A stretch of 61,115 bases of DNA, counting the filler. It is 6 parts of 6 records of this genome, joined end to end, with 100 filler letters (N's around TTAATTAATTAA, not from the genome) between each part and the next. Parts side by side here need not be neighbours in the genome. Positions count along the whole stretch, not along the records: positions 21,011 to 26,457 come from SRR15195285_607; positions 26,558 to 33,892 come from SRR15195285_608; positions 33,993 to 43,480 come from SRR15195285_612; 3 more parts are not named here. One strand, 5' to 3'. This document shows, piece after piece, positions 24,301 through 34,262 of this stretch. Position 1 is the first letter of the stretch. Every line of letters starts with the position of its first letter. The notes beneath the pieces were generated by a model, which made no database searches, was not told the DNA's origin, and was given only the letters and a program-made list of their open reading frames with translations. The position numbers and the translations under genes were made by a program.

Positions 24301-26209
24301 GTATAAGCATTAAATTTGCCGTAGCTCGGACCGCGCGCCTCATAAACCATGCTAGCACTAGACAGGGTTGGAATCGATTTCGGAGCGAGCTCCAACTGTG
24401 CTCTAACATCTCGCTGCCACCGTTCAAACTCCTCTATACTTGCAGCACTCATGCCTGATGGTCGAACGGGGCCAGTACCCGTTCCGCCCCGGGCGTAGCT
24501 CACGTTGTTCTGTTCAGCCGATGAACCGATGTGGTATGGTTGATAGTATACAGCGATTTCGGGAGCCTCTAACAGCTCCACCCCCGTTGCCACGGAAAGG
24601 TCGCCGGAGGGAATTTCCGAATTTGATGGCGAGGGTTTGAAGTACACCTCTTTCACGATGGCTTGGTGGTAGCGCGGTACGTGCGTATTTGCGATATAGA
24701 AGCGCCAATAGCGACCAACAAAAGAGAAGGTTGGAAACTCTTGCAGGCCAGGATAGCCAGCTTCCCCATGAAACGATGCAACTGTGGTCCAATTGCCATC
24801 TTTCCAACTCAATGATGTTGTCTGTATGTGGCATAGACCTGGGTCATGGATCCTGTCGCCGATACTGTAGAACGCAAGGCCAACAATGTGTATCCGCTTG
24901 CCCAGATCAAAGATCACATAGTTTGCTCCATGTCCATCCGTGCCTTGCGCGTTCCAACCTTCACCAACGAGTTTGTTGATGCTCGGTTCTGAAACCGAAC
25001 GGAACACCACCCGACCATCTGCAATCTTCCACGCATCACACCCTGCTTCCGCACCAGTACTGCTGACGACAATGCTGTCATTTGCGTTGGTTGCATGATT
25101 GGGGAGGTAGCCCTCCGGGGCGCTCACTGCAGCACGGAGTTGTATTTCTCTAACGCACGCTTGGTTGTGGGTATACCGGGTGTGGATTAGCAACCGAAAG
25201 TACTGCGCAAATGTCGCCGGGAACCCGAAGACTTGTACGGTGCTACGATTTGCCACTCCAGAGAACGACGCTACTGCGCGAAACGGGCTCGTTAGATTAT
25301 GTCCGGCTTGCAGCGACATATTTTTGGCGTCATGTACGCCATCGCCGATAGACCAAAACGCAAGTCCGTCGATCATCGCGGGGCTACCTAGATCGACCGT
25401 CAACTGCTCCTCGCCGCACGGTCGAGTAGTGCATGCAATGTTCCAGCCCTCACACACCTGTTCACCGATGGGCATTGGCATTGCAATCAAGTCATCAAGG
25501 TCGAAGAACATAAACTGCAACGCGGCAAGATTTAGTGGCCATACGGTACCTGAGTACACATGTCTTCGGATGGAGCATCTGCGAAATCAATCAAGCCGTC
25601 CATAGCCTTCCTGGGACCCCAGCCTGGCAAAGAACCGGTTGAGGCTGCAAGTGTGCCGTTGATGTATTTGGCCACATTGCCGAGGTATTGCTCATTGGAC
25701 CCAAGCCAAGAGAACGCCGCATTTTGCAGCCACGGTCTGGGTAGCAACCCACTTGTTGACGGTAGCGGCGTGGGGTTGATGACGAGGTCACACTCTTTCC
25801 CGGTGGCGTTTAGGACCAGAAAGGCAAGCTCAGCATGCGACGGTAGCGCCCGCACTGCGATGGGCCGCGCAGCATCATCCTGCCGGCGCCACGGCAACAC
25901 TGCTCGTATGGCCGACGCGTGTGGAATGTGGCGTTCGCCAAATGCATCCACACCACCAGGTATTTGAAGCCTAAGCCGATACCTGTGGTTCCCGAGGCTC
26001 TGGAAGGGCCGGGCCTCGTCGCTGTAATCTGATAACCACAGATGGAACGCACACGTTGGGGTGAACTAACAGCGTGCCACCTACCTGCCGGGTCAACAGT
26101 GCGTACCTTCTGGCCATGTCAGACACGGCGTCTCGGCAGTGCATACGCCAGGGTCTGGACGGTGCGCTCCAACGCAGGCCACTAACAGGCTCTTCATCAC
26201 CAACACCAT
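21330..26209 (-). CDS. Secreted DUF6067 / GH123-like glycoside hydrolase with two inserted F5/8 (discoidin-like) modules; exons 26209-26107, 26028-25550, 25457-21330; ~1,569 aa
   Basis: Signal-like MVLVMKSLLVACVGA. GT-AG introns 26106-26029 and 25549-25458 restore the frame. Motifs LGNHR..LPWRRQD, SRLRWLDSTLG, NIHQG..YINWP, YLDGIAFDRKTAKRVRK, LFGEGFSY, WRGMLYGM. Two IFDLG..GDxxHD..RYxR modules. An alternative in-frame ATG lies at 26260. Confidence 0.72.
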
Positions 26210-26457
26210 TCGAAAGGACAGTACTTTCGGCCATGCGCTGCTGCAGCAGCAGCAACACATCGCGACGCCGCGCGGTCGGCCGCGTGACCGCCGGCGCGGC
26301 GGCGCCCGCCCCACCACAAGGAGTCAAAAAGTGGGCGTAATCTCATTCTCTAATTCATGACGAATCAGTGCCGCGCGGCCCGGGCTTGTCCTTGTGGGGG
26401 GGTTCTAGCGCAATCTGAGTTCAGGGTCAACCTGGGCACATCATCGAATCAGAATCA

Positions 26458-26557
26458 NNNNNNNNNNNNNNNNNNNNNNNNNNNNNNNNNNNNNNNNNNN
26501 NTTAATTAATTAANNNNNNNNNNNNNNNNNNNNNNNNNNNNNNNNNNNNNNNNNNNN
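26458..26557. other. Artificial contig linker
   Basis: N44-TTAATTAATTAA-N44. Confidence 0.97.
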
Positions 26558-26983
26558 ATTGATTCTGAGTCCCGATTATACATTAATATTTTACGGAGAA
26601 GGTAGTACATCAGTACGAATTCTGCTGGCTGAGTCGACTGCAGCTGATGATCGCCGCCCGGCCGGCGAGACCCGGACGCGCGTGAACGCGCATCGCGGTA
26701 CGTCGCGATCCCGATTCCCGCGTGTAGGATCCTACGATCAACGATGAATATCATTATCAATGGATCTACGGTACCGCGCGCGTACAGCGAGCCCGGCGCG
26801 CGGTCGTCATGCAGGCGTACCGCGCGCGCGACAGCGGATGTGCTGCTATCAAGTATCGTCGGCGCGTTGGTCGTAGCGCTCGCGACCAAAATTTTGCGTA
26901 CGTAGCGCCGTGACAACTTGTCGGTCGCACGGGCGATCGGTTCGCTGCCCAGCACAGCTATGATCACAGTTATCCACACGAGC

Positions 26984-29886
26984 ATGGACGGCTTGACGAA
27001 AAGCGCTACATTCGGCAATTTTAGACTGCTGGCCGCCGTCGCCGTTGCAGCGCTGCAGAGTGGGGCGCCGACCCCAGCTGATGCAGTGCCCACGGCTCCA
27101 GGCGCAGCAAACACAGCCTCGCCGCCGTCGCCGCCGTCGCCGCCGGCCGTGCCTTGCAACCCACACGCTTCGCCGCCAGAAATCTGCCCGGTTTCTGGTG
27201 TGCCTTGCCCGATGTCTGGAGTGTGCCCTGTTAGTGCCGCCAACGCCTCGGATCCAGCGCTGGTACACACGGCAGCCGGGCCGCTGCGTGGGATCGCTGG
27301 CGAGAAGTACCGCATGTGGCTCGGCGTGCCTTTTGCTGAGCCGCCTCTCGACGACCTGCGCTGGATGCCCCCACGTGCAAAGCGTACCTGGGCTCCCCAG
27401 ACCCTTGAAGCATTTGACAAAAAGGACAACTGCGCTCAGAGCTCAGTCTACGGTGGTTGGGAGCCTGCCAGTCCGGACGATCCGCATGGCTCCGCTGAGG
27501 ACTGCCTTTACATGGTGAGTAGCTCGCAGGTGCTCATGTACGGCGTATGTAGACGTCTTGACACATGGTGCTGGCGCTGCTGCTGGGTAGAATATTTGGG
27601 CGCCTCCAATACCACCTTCACCAAAGACGCTCTTCCCGGTGCTGTTCTTCATCGTCGGCGGGGACTATGACTCAGATGGGTCGGCCAACGGAGCTGCTGA
27701 CGGGCGTGGGATCGTGGAGGTGGCGAATGCTGTCGTAGTTGTTGCCAATTATAGACTGGGCATACTTGGGTTTCTCGGATCGACCGAATTGCGCGCACTT
27801 TCTCCCGACAACTCAACTGGCAATACTGGCATGCAGGATCAGCGCATGGCCATGCAATGGATTCAAGACAACGCTGCTGCTTTGTACGTCACCACAGTCT
27901 CTCTTTTTGCGCAGCTTAGTTCACCACATATGATAGGGCACATCTGCTGAAACACCAGTGGCACGTCGCAGTCACGGTGACAAGACGAAGGTGCTGATCT
28001 TCGGAGAGAGCAGTGGCGCAGGGTGTGTGAGCAATCATATGGTGATGCCGCGCTCGCAAGGACTGTTCACCCGCGCGGCCATGGAGTCTGGTTCGTTCGC
28101 GTACGCACACGCAAACTGTCGCTTTGTAATGCTCTCGCTGCTGTACCCACTGTCTGGATGGTTTAGCGCCCAGGACAGTGTTGCCAGTGTACTGACGTTC
28201 CTGGCCACATCTAACCACACATTGTTCACCCATGCGCCGCGATAACGTGTGCAGAGCCTGGCAGTCGAGACCCATGGCAGCAGCGCAGGATCAATATGAG
28301 CAATTGCTGAATATTACTGGATGCTTCGACGCACCGCCCGACTCTGTGTCTGAACCTGCCACTGCTTCCAGCAACGAGTCTCAGGATCCCACACCAGCAA
28401 TGCGCAATATCACGGCAGAACGTCGCTGCCTGCAGAGTCTAGACTTGTCGGTTCTTTTGAAGCATGCTGATCACGCTGGCTCGTATAGTGACAGCCTTGA
28501 CAGCTCTCGATATGCACCAGTGATTGATGGGACCGAATTGCAAGCAACACCGCTGTATCCACTCTACTCAACTACCCTCAGATTGCTAGCCTCCTTTTCA
28601 TATCAGAGAATGATCGATTTCCATATGCATAGTGGGGATGAACCACGCGCGCAACTCACTGCTGATCAACGGGTGGAACGATACCAGGTCTATGTTGGAG
28701 GCTGGGCACGGTGTTGCGACCGTACCAGTCTTGATGGGCTGCAACGTGAGTACGATAGGGATGCGATTGACATGGCGGATCGCAGTCCAGTCGTAGTTGC
28801 CTCGCAACGCTGACAGCTGGTTGTCGTCTGCTGTCGGATACCTGTTAGCGTGACGAGGGGCGAATGTTCCTTTCGAAGACCCCAACGCTGTGGCCTCCGG
28901 TTCCCCCGCCCGCTGGCAGCCACAAACAACATCATCACTACAGTCATGGTGAAGGTGGCGGGGGTGGGTGGGGAAACAGCAGTCACGTGCCGAAAGTCTT
29001 CGATGACAAAGCCTTTGCAGAGGTGCGACACTCAGAATTCAGGACAAATGAATTGCTGCATAGCAGCTGTATACCAGCGGTATATTCGAATTCTTAGGCA
29101 GCCGTTACTGGTGTTGTGCTGGATTGACACAACACATCGTTGCGTGTACTTTATGGACATGGATATGGACACGGCAGTGGCTTGTGACCAACTTCGGGAC
29201 AGGGGCGGAAAAATTTGGGCAGTCCAATCACAGCGTCGCAAGCATGGGCACTGTCGCAACATTACTCCAAGCGTACAGCACGCCTCCGGCTAACTACTCT
29301 CGGGGAGCGTGGTATGCTGCTGCGGCACTAATCACTGACTATTTCGTAAGTGCTCGTTCGTATGGCACCTCCGGTACGCTCGTGTGACTTGGGAGCGATG
29401 GTCTGAACTGATTGGCACCTTGGATCGTGACAGATGGCCTGTCCAACACGCCGCGCGGCGCGGATGCTTTCTGCAGATCCAGCCAGGCGGGAAAACTCCA
29501 CCTTTGTTTACCACTTCCTCGAAAACCCAGCAGACACAAGCGTCAGCGGTGGTGGCGGCTCGTGTCACTCGTGTGAAATTCCATTCGTCTTCAACGCTGC
29601 CATGTTTCTCAAAAACACGGCCGAGCGAGACCTCGCGGTCGCAATGGCCAGGTACTGGGTGACATTTGCAGACACAGGAAAGCCAGGGCAGGGCGGAGCG
29701 GCCGCTGAAAACCAACCTGAGTGGCCGGCATACGAACCCAATACAGAGCAGGTGATGGAGCTGGGCCACCAAAAATCTGGTGGGGTCCGGGTGCAGACGG
29801 GTCTGCGTGGACATACGTGCGACGTGTGGGACTCGCTACCCTACCCGTTCTGGGGCAACGCTAGCGGCTGGAACATTAATCAGTAA
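26984..29886 (+). CDS. Type-B carboxylesterase / cholinesterase-like alpha/beta hydrolase, multi-exon, probably secreted
   Basis: Motifs in order across frames separated by GT-AG introns: WLGVPFAEPP..LRWMPP, EDCLY, FFIVGG, NYRLGILGFL, GNTGMQDQRMAMQWIQDN, IFGESSG (nucleophile), MESGS, HSCEIPFVF, MARYWVTFA..G.P, WPAY. Exons at ~28500-29250 are not resolved, and the start could be 26960. Confidence 0.85.
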
Positions 29887-29974
29887 TGGTTCACATCTGC
29901 AGCTGTGTAAATACTCATTTAGATATGAAATTAATAATTGTATTCTGGTTTGGCAGGCACTCGGACATCATTAG

Positions 29975-32866
29975 TCACATGAATCGCTTCGGGGGACCTC
30001 CTAGTGCCCTGTGCATCATCCTCGAAGCCTCAATACCTCTAGGTCGCTGGCCTTCGGAAGGCTCTCTCGCACTGTGTGCCTTGCTGGCAGCCACGGTAGC
30101 ACGCGCACTTGAGCGAACAGAGCCTACAGTACCTCTCTCAGTCTTCCAACCGACCGCCCCTGGACCAGCTGCATGTTGGCTGGGGCTCACGTATCGCGGC
30201 GTACTTCCCTCGGCCCTTTTTCGCTGCCGCTTCTTGGCATCTGCTGGATGCCGTTGCATAAGCTTGGATACATGTGCCACCTCCCTCATTCCCTGCACCA
30301 TTGCTCGATAGGTGGCGGAGCCGTTGCCCACACCAGTGGCCGCGCTGGACCTCAACCTGGACCTGACCACAGCGCTGGTGTCTGAGTCGTAGCTTGCCTG
30401 CCTTTCTCGTAACCTTGGCGAGTTTACCGTGTCTATGTACGACCTGCTGCGCAACCGCGGCGAGATGCGACTCTCATGCCGTGTTAAATGCGTGGCGCAG
30501 GAGTCGTGGCTTAACGAACTCAGCCTTGGCAGCCGCGGTGACGGTTCATGTTCACGTACATCGTTATGGAGCGACAGGATTGGAACTTTTGTACCGTCCT
30601 TATCTGTCGCTCTTGGTCCAATACTCATGTTGTGGGAGGCGTCTGTCGGGGACGCTGTCGGCTGGAGACCTGTGCCTTCCAGTGCTGTCGTTGCTGCATC
30701 CCCGCTGATTGATGACATGCTCCAAGGTAGGGTCACGCCGAGCTCGGGGTCCGAGTAAAGTCTACGTTCAGACCTGCGCAACGGCTGACGTGTGAACAGA
30801 CACAGCTCTTCCATGTCGAGGATGTGAGGATCAACTTCGCCTTTTCTGAGTGGGGTTCCATCAGGGGCAAGTTTCTCTCGGCCGTTGATCAACAGACTGA
30901 TCTCAGCGTGCTTCTTCTTTTTCTTGAAATCGTCTCTCGCTGTATCAGCGTTTGATCTCAACACACCATTTCGTCTCTTCGCCTGTTTGTTTCTTAGCTC
31001 TCGCTGAAGTCTCTGCTTCTCTCTGATCTCTGCCATTTCTGCGTCGGTCAGCCCTTCTTGTGTACCGTTCGTTTCTTGTGTACCAGCTGCGGGTCCAGCG
31101 AGTGCGCCTCGCCTCCCGACTGCTCCAAGGACCCGCCGCCTCGCCAACGCAGCGGCGTCCAGCTCTGCCTGTTTCCGCGCAGCCTCGGCTGCACGTTTTG
31201 CGGCTTCCTCGTCTGCCTGGCGGCGTGCTTCCGCGAGCTCGGCTGGTGTCTGTCCGGTGATACTATGGATATCATTGATATCGACACCGTCAATGTGGAC
31301 TTTCCTGTCCTCCGGGTTGACCATCGACTCGATCAGATCCAGTGGAGCAAGCCGATAACTGTCACCCTCGATAACCACACCCCTCAAGCGACCATCTCTC
31401 TCTGTGATGTTGTTGTAAATGGCATCGAGAAAGATCTTGTACTGTATTTCGTCAGCCTTTCCCACCCATAGCTGCGCAAGCTGTTGCATCGCCTCGGAAA
31501 ACACTTTGAAAGTCATATCTGCAGCAAGAGGGTCACTCTCAAGGAATTCGACGAATTCATGCAGGTCAATATCGCCAGAGCTGTCCTGGTCCACTGCACC
31601 GAAGAGATCACGTAGCTCGCCCTGAGAGACAACAGCTTCTCCGATGTTGCAGTCGCCTCGAACTGCGGCCTCAAACTCCTCGAATTCCATTTCGCCCGAC
31701 CCATCCTCGTCGTACGCTTTGAAGAGCGCTTCCCAACCGCCAGACTCTTCCGTGACTTCTTTTGTTGCTGCTGCTTTGAATTTTTTCTTGACTTCCTCGA
31801 GCCATATGGACACGCCCGCGTCACCACTAAAGGCGGTGATATCCTCAGCCCAGTCTTGATTTGCGCTATTCTTTGCTGCTTGAAGATTGAAACCTACCGC
31901 AAGGCTCTTGCTTACGCGCAGGTGCATTTGTTCGTATCCTTCTCGTGTAACCTGGCCTTCTGTGCCACCTTCTGTGCCGCCACTGATGCGAGAGAGCAAC
32001 GCAGACTCAATGACCATGAGGTCCCAAAACTTTCGCAGCGGTGCGGCAACCACCTCTGATACCTTGAGGCTCTCCGCCTTCCGATAAGCTTCCAGCGAGT
32101 TGTTGATGGCATCTCGGACGGAGCTACTGTCCCGGGCCATAATCCGCTCCACATCGTTCTGTGCAAGACGCAGGCAATCAACCGTCGTCCTGTCGCCTAC
32201 TTTTGACGGCACCGTTCGAACAGTGGCCTTTCGCAGCGCTGTGGAGCCCCCTACCACACCGAGCTCACCGAAAAAGTCGCCCGGGCCGTACTCTTTGACG
32301 CGGCCATGCTCAACCGTGAACGCTTCGCAGTTTCCTTTGGAAATCACGAACATGTCCTTACCGACCTCCCCCTCGGCGATGATTGCAACGTTCGTATCTG
32401 GAAACTGGACCCTTTCCAACTGCGTTGCCAGCCGCCGCAGCTCTCCTCGAGCGAGCGAAGAAAACATCGGGACCCTACGCAGTGTCTGTTCCCGCTTGTC
32501 GAGCTCTCCCTTCCCCCAGCACTGTTCGAGAAACGGCCTGGTCAGCGCTGCACTTAGCATCATACACGTGACCTCCTCGCTGGCGGCCACAATCGACGCG
32601 CTCCGCGCCTCGTCTGAAAGCATGCTCAGCTCTCCGAAAGAGTCGCCGTCAGACATGGTATGGACGACAACATTGTTCACGAGCACGTCGCATCTGCCAC
32701 GGTCGATGATGTACATGGAGTCTCCCATCTCTCCCTGCTGAACGATGGTGTTGCCGGCTCGGAACTTAGTATCGACGACTGATGCGGTGATGCGATGCAG
32801 CTGGACATTGTCTAGCTTTGCAAAGATTGGGACCGCGCGGATCTTGACCTTTGGGCGCCGCTCCAT
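29975..32866 (-). CDS. Tandem cNMP-binding domain + EF-hand protein with coiled-coil and low-complexity tail (963 aa)
   Basis: Two cNMP domains (QQGEMGDSMYII..FGELSML..RSAS; EGEVGKDMFVI..FFGELG..RKATV) and EF loops DEDGSGEMEFEE and DQDSSGDIDLHE. No kinase motifs. Confidence 0.85.
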   Translation of the reverse strand: MERRPKVKIRAVPIFAKLDNVQLHRITASVVDTKFRAGNTIVQQGEMGDSMYIIDRGRCDVLVNNVVVHTMSDGDSFGELSMLSDEARSASIVAASEEVTCMMLSAALTRPFLEQCWGKGELDKREQTLRRVPMFSSLARGELRRLATQLERVQFPDTNVAIIAEGEVGKDMFVISKGNCEAFTVEHGRVKEYGPGDFFGELGVVGGSTALRKATVRTVPSKVGDRTTVDCLRLAQNDVERIMARDSSSVRDAINNSLEAYRKAESLKVSEVVAAPLRKFWDLMVIESALLSRISGGTEGGTEGQVTREGYEQMHLRVSKSLAVGFNLQAAKNSANQDWAEDITAFSGDAGVSIWLEEVKKKFKAAATKEVTEESGGWEALFKAYDEDGSGEMEFEEFEAAVRGDCNIGEAVVSQGELRDLFGAVDQDSSGDIDLHEFVEFLESDPLAADMTFKVFSEAMQQLAQLWVGKADEIQYKIFLDAIYNNITERDGRLRGVVIEGDSYRLAPLDLIESMVNPEDRKVHIDGVDINDIHSITGQTPAELAEARRQADEEAAKRAAEAARKQAELDAAALARRRVLGAVGRRGALAGPAAGTQETNGTQEGLTDAEMAEIREKQRLQRELRNKQAKRRNGVLRSNADTARDDFKKKKKHAEISLLINGREKLAPDGTPLRKGEVDPHILDMEELCLFTRQPLRRSERRLYSDPELGVTLPWSMSSISGDAATTALEGTGLQPTASPTDASHNMSIGPRATDKDGTKVPILSLHNDVREHEPSPRLPRLSSLSHDSCATHLTRHESRISPRLRSRSYIDTVNSPRLRERQASYDSDTSAVVRSRLRSSAATGVGNGSATYRAMVQGMREVAHVSKLMQRHPADAKKRQRKRAEGSTPRYVSPSQHAAGPGAVGWKTERGTVGSVRSSARATVAASKAHSAREPSEGQRPRGIEASRMMHRALGGPPKRFM

Positions 32867-33423
32867 CGTGGGCGGTCTTCAGCGCGTGGCACGGTGCCGC
32901 AGACCGCTAGGCGTCTACAGCTTTCAGAACCCGCGACCAGGCTGCCGGCTGCAGGCCAGCCGCGCCGTCGCACTGAGCACTGCCCACCTGCCCGTCATAC
33001 TGCTGTCAAATCGTTCCATCCTCGTCGCAGACTGTCCCTCCAACCACTAGAAACGCAGGTGCCCCACTCCGACCTCAACTGCACCAAGCCTCATCACGCC
33101 TTGCCAGTGCTCGCTCAGTTTACATCAGCTCCCACACGTATGGCAACCTCGTGGCACAGGGTCTGTCCAGTGCCTGCTGGCTGTCGGCTAGCAGTACCGG
33201 CAGTAGCACAGCTCACCGCTGTCTATGGGAACACCATTCTTTGGCTAAGAACCACCTCAACGTGTATTGACATTGCCATTGGTAGTGCGCATCCGACGGC
33301 GTCCGTCCGCGCGCGCGCGGCGCACGCCCGTCCGCGCGCGTGCCGCGCGACCATTTACCGATAATACATACGAAATTTGTACATGTACAGTATGTGTAGG
33401 CGGTACACCGGTACTGTACTCAA

Positions 33424-33473
33424 GTACTACTAGTATGAATAGTAAGAAAAATGTACTACTAGTATGAATAGTA
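33424..33473. repeat. 21-bp direct repeat GTACTACTAGTATGAATAGTA x2
   Basis: Copies at 33424-33444 and 33453-33473 in AT-rich intergenic DNA. Confidence 0.8.
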
Positions 33474-33892
33474 GTATCATATGAAAATGTCTTTGTGGAA
33501 AGTGGGTTCCCGTGGCCACTTCCTGCCTGTCCGCAGGCGCACACCGCGGCTAGGATCCTACACGGCGTGTATTCATACTATAATAGTAGGAGGTCGTGCG
33601 GCGTGAGGCTTTTGCACACTTGCTGTTCACCGATTTTTCTTTTTAGGACGTGAACATCGAAATTCCGGATTGTTCGGCGAAGACCAAGAAGATCCGGCTA
33701 CCAGATCTATACATAGTATAATGCATTGGTCAATCGAATATTTGTTCGTGAGGTATGCGTAGTCTCACGATGCTCTCCGGGTGAGCAGTCGTGCTCACCT
33801 TCCAATAAGCGCCGGCATGTTTCGGAACCAACTGTTCCTATTTGGCGTTCGCATAGCCCATTTATGATCGGTGCCAATGGCAGTGTGCGAGG

Positions 33893-33992
33893 NNNNNNNN
33901 NNNNNNNNNNNNNNNNNNNNNNNNNNNNNNNNNNNNTTAATTAATTAANNNNNNNNNNNNNNNNNNNNNNNNNNNNNNNNNNNNNNNNNNNN
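33893..33992. other. Artificial contig linker
   Basis: N44-TTAATTAATTAA-N44. Confidence 0.97.
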
Positions 33993-34262
33993 TCGCCGTA
34001 CGCCTCGCCGTACGCCTCGCCGCACACCTCGCCGCAAGCGGCTGCAGCAGCTGAGGCGCAAAGACGCGGTGGAGGCTGGGATCGCGCGCACGCCTCGCCG
34101 CACACCTCGCCGCATGTATCGCCCGCGGCTGCAGCATCTGTAGCGCGAGGGAGACGTGGCGGAGGATGGGGTCGCACGTCAGCAGATGCGTACGTGTCGC
34201 CGCATGTGTCGCCCGCGGCTGCATCCGAGGCGCAAGGATGTGGTGGAGGATGGGATCGCACG
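33993..34262 (+). repeat. Three degenerate ~85-95 bp coding tandem repeats (SPHxSPAAA...GGGWxR) with internal 12-bp SPxx units
   Basis: Repeated TCGCCG(T/C)AC units and GGAGG(C/A)TGGG..CGC blocks, in frame with ORF 34194. Confidence 0.75.

Noticed and set aside
26506-27429. Long antisense or overlapping ORFs (e.g. 26506..27429, 21623..22306, 32100..32741, 50404..51090)
   Set aside because: Shadow ORFs of GC-rich genes on the opposite strand with no recognisable motifs.
33993-34262. Repeats here and at 56193-56325 as CRISPR arrays
   Set aside because: No unique spacers and no cas genes; these are coding or simple tandem repeats in eukaryotic DNA.
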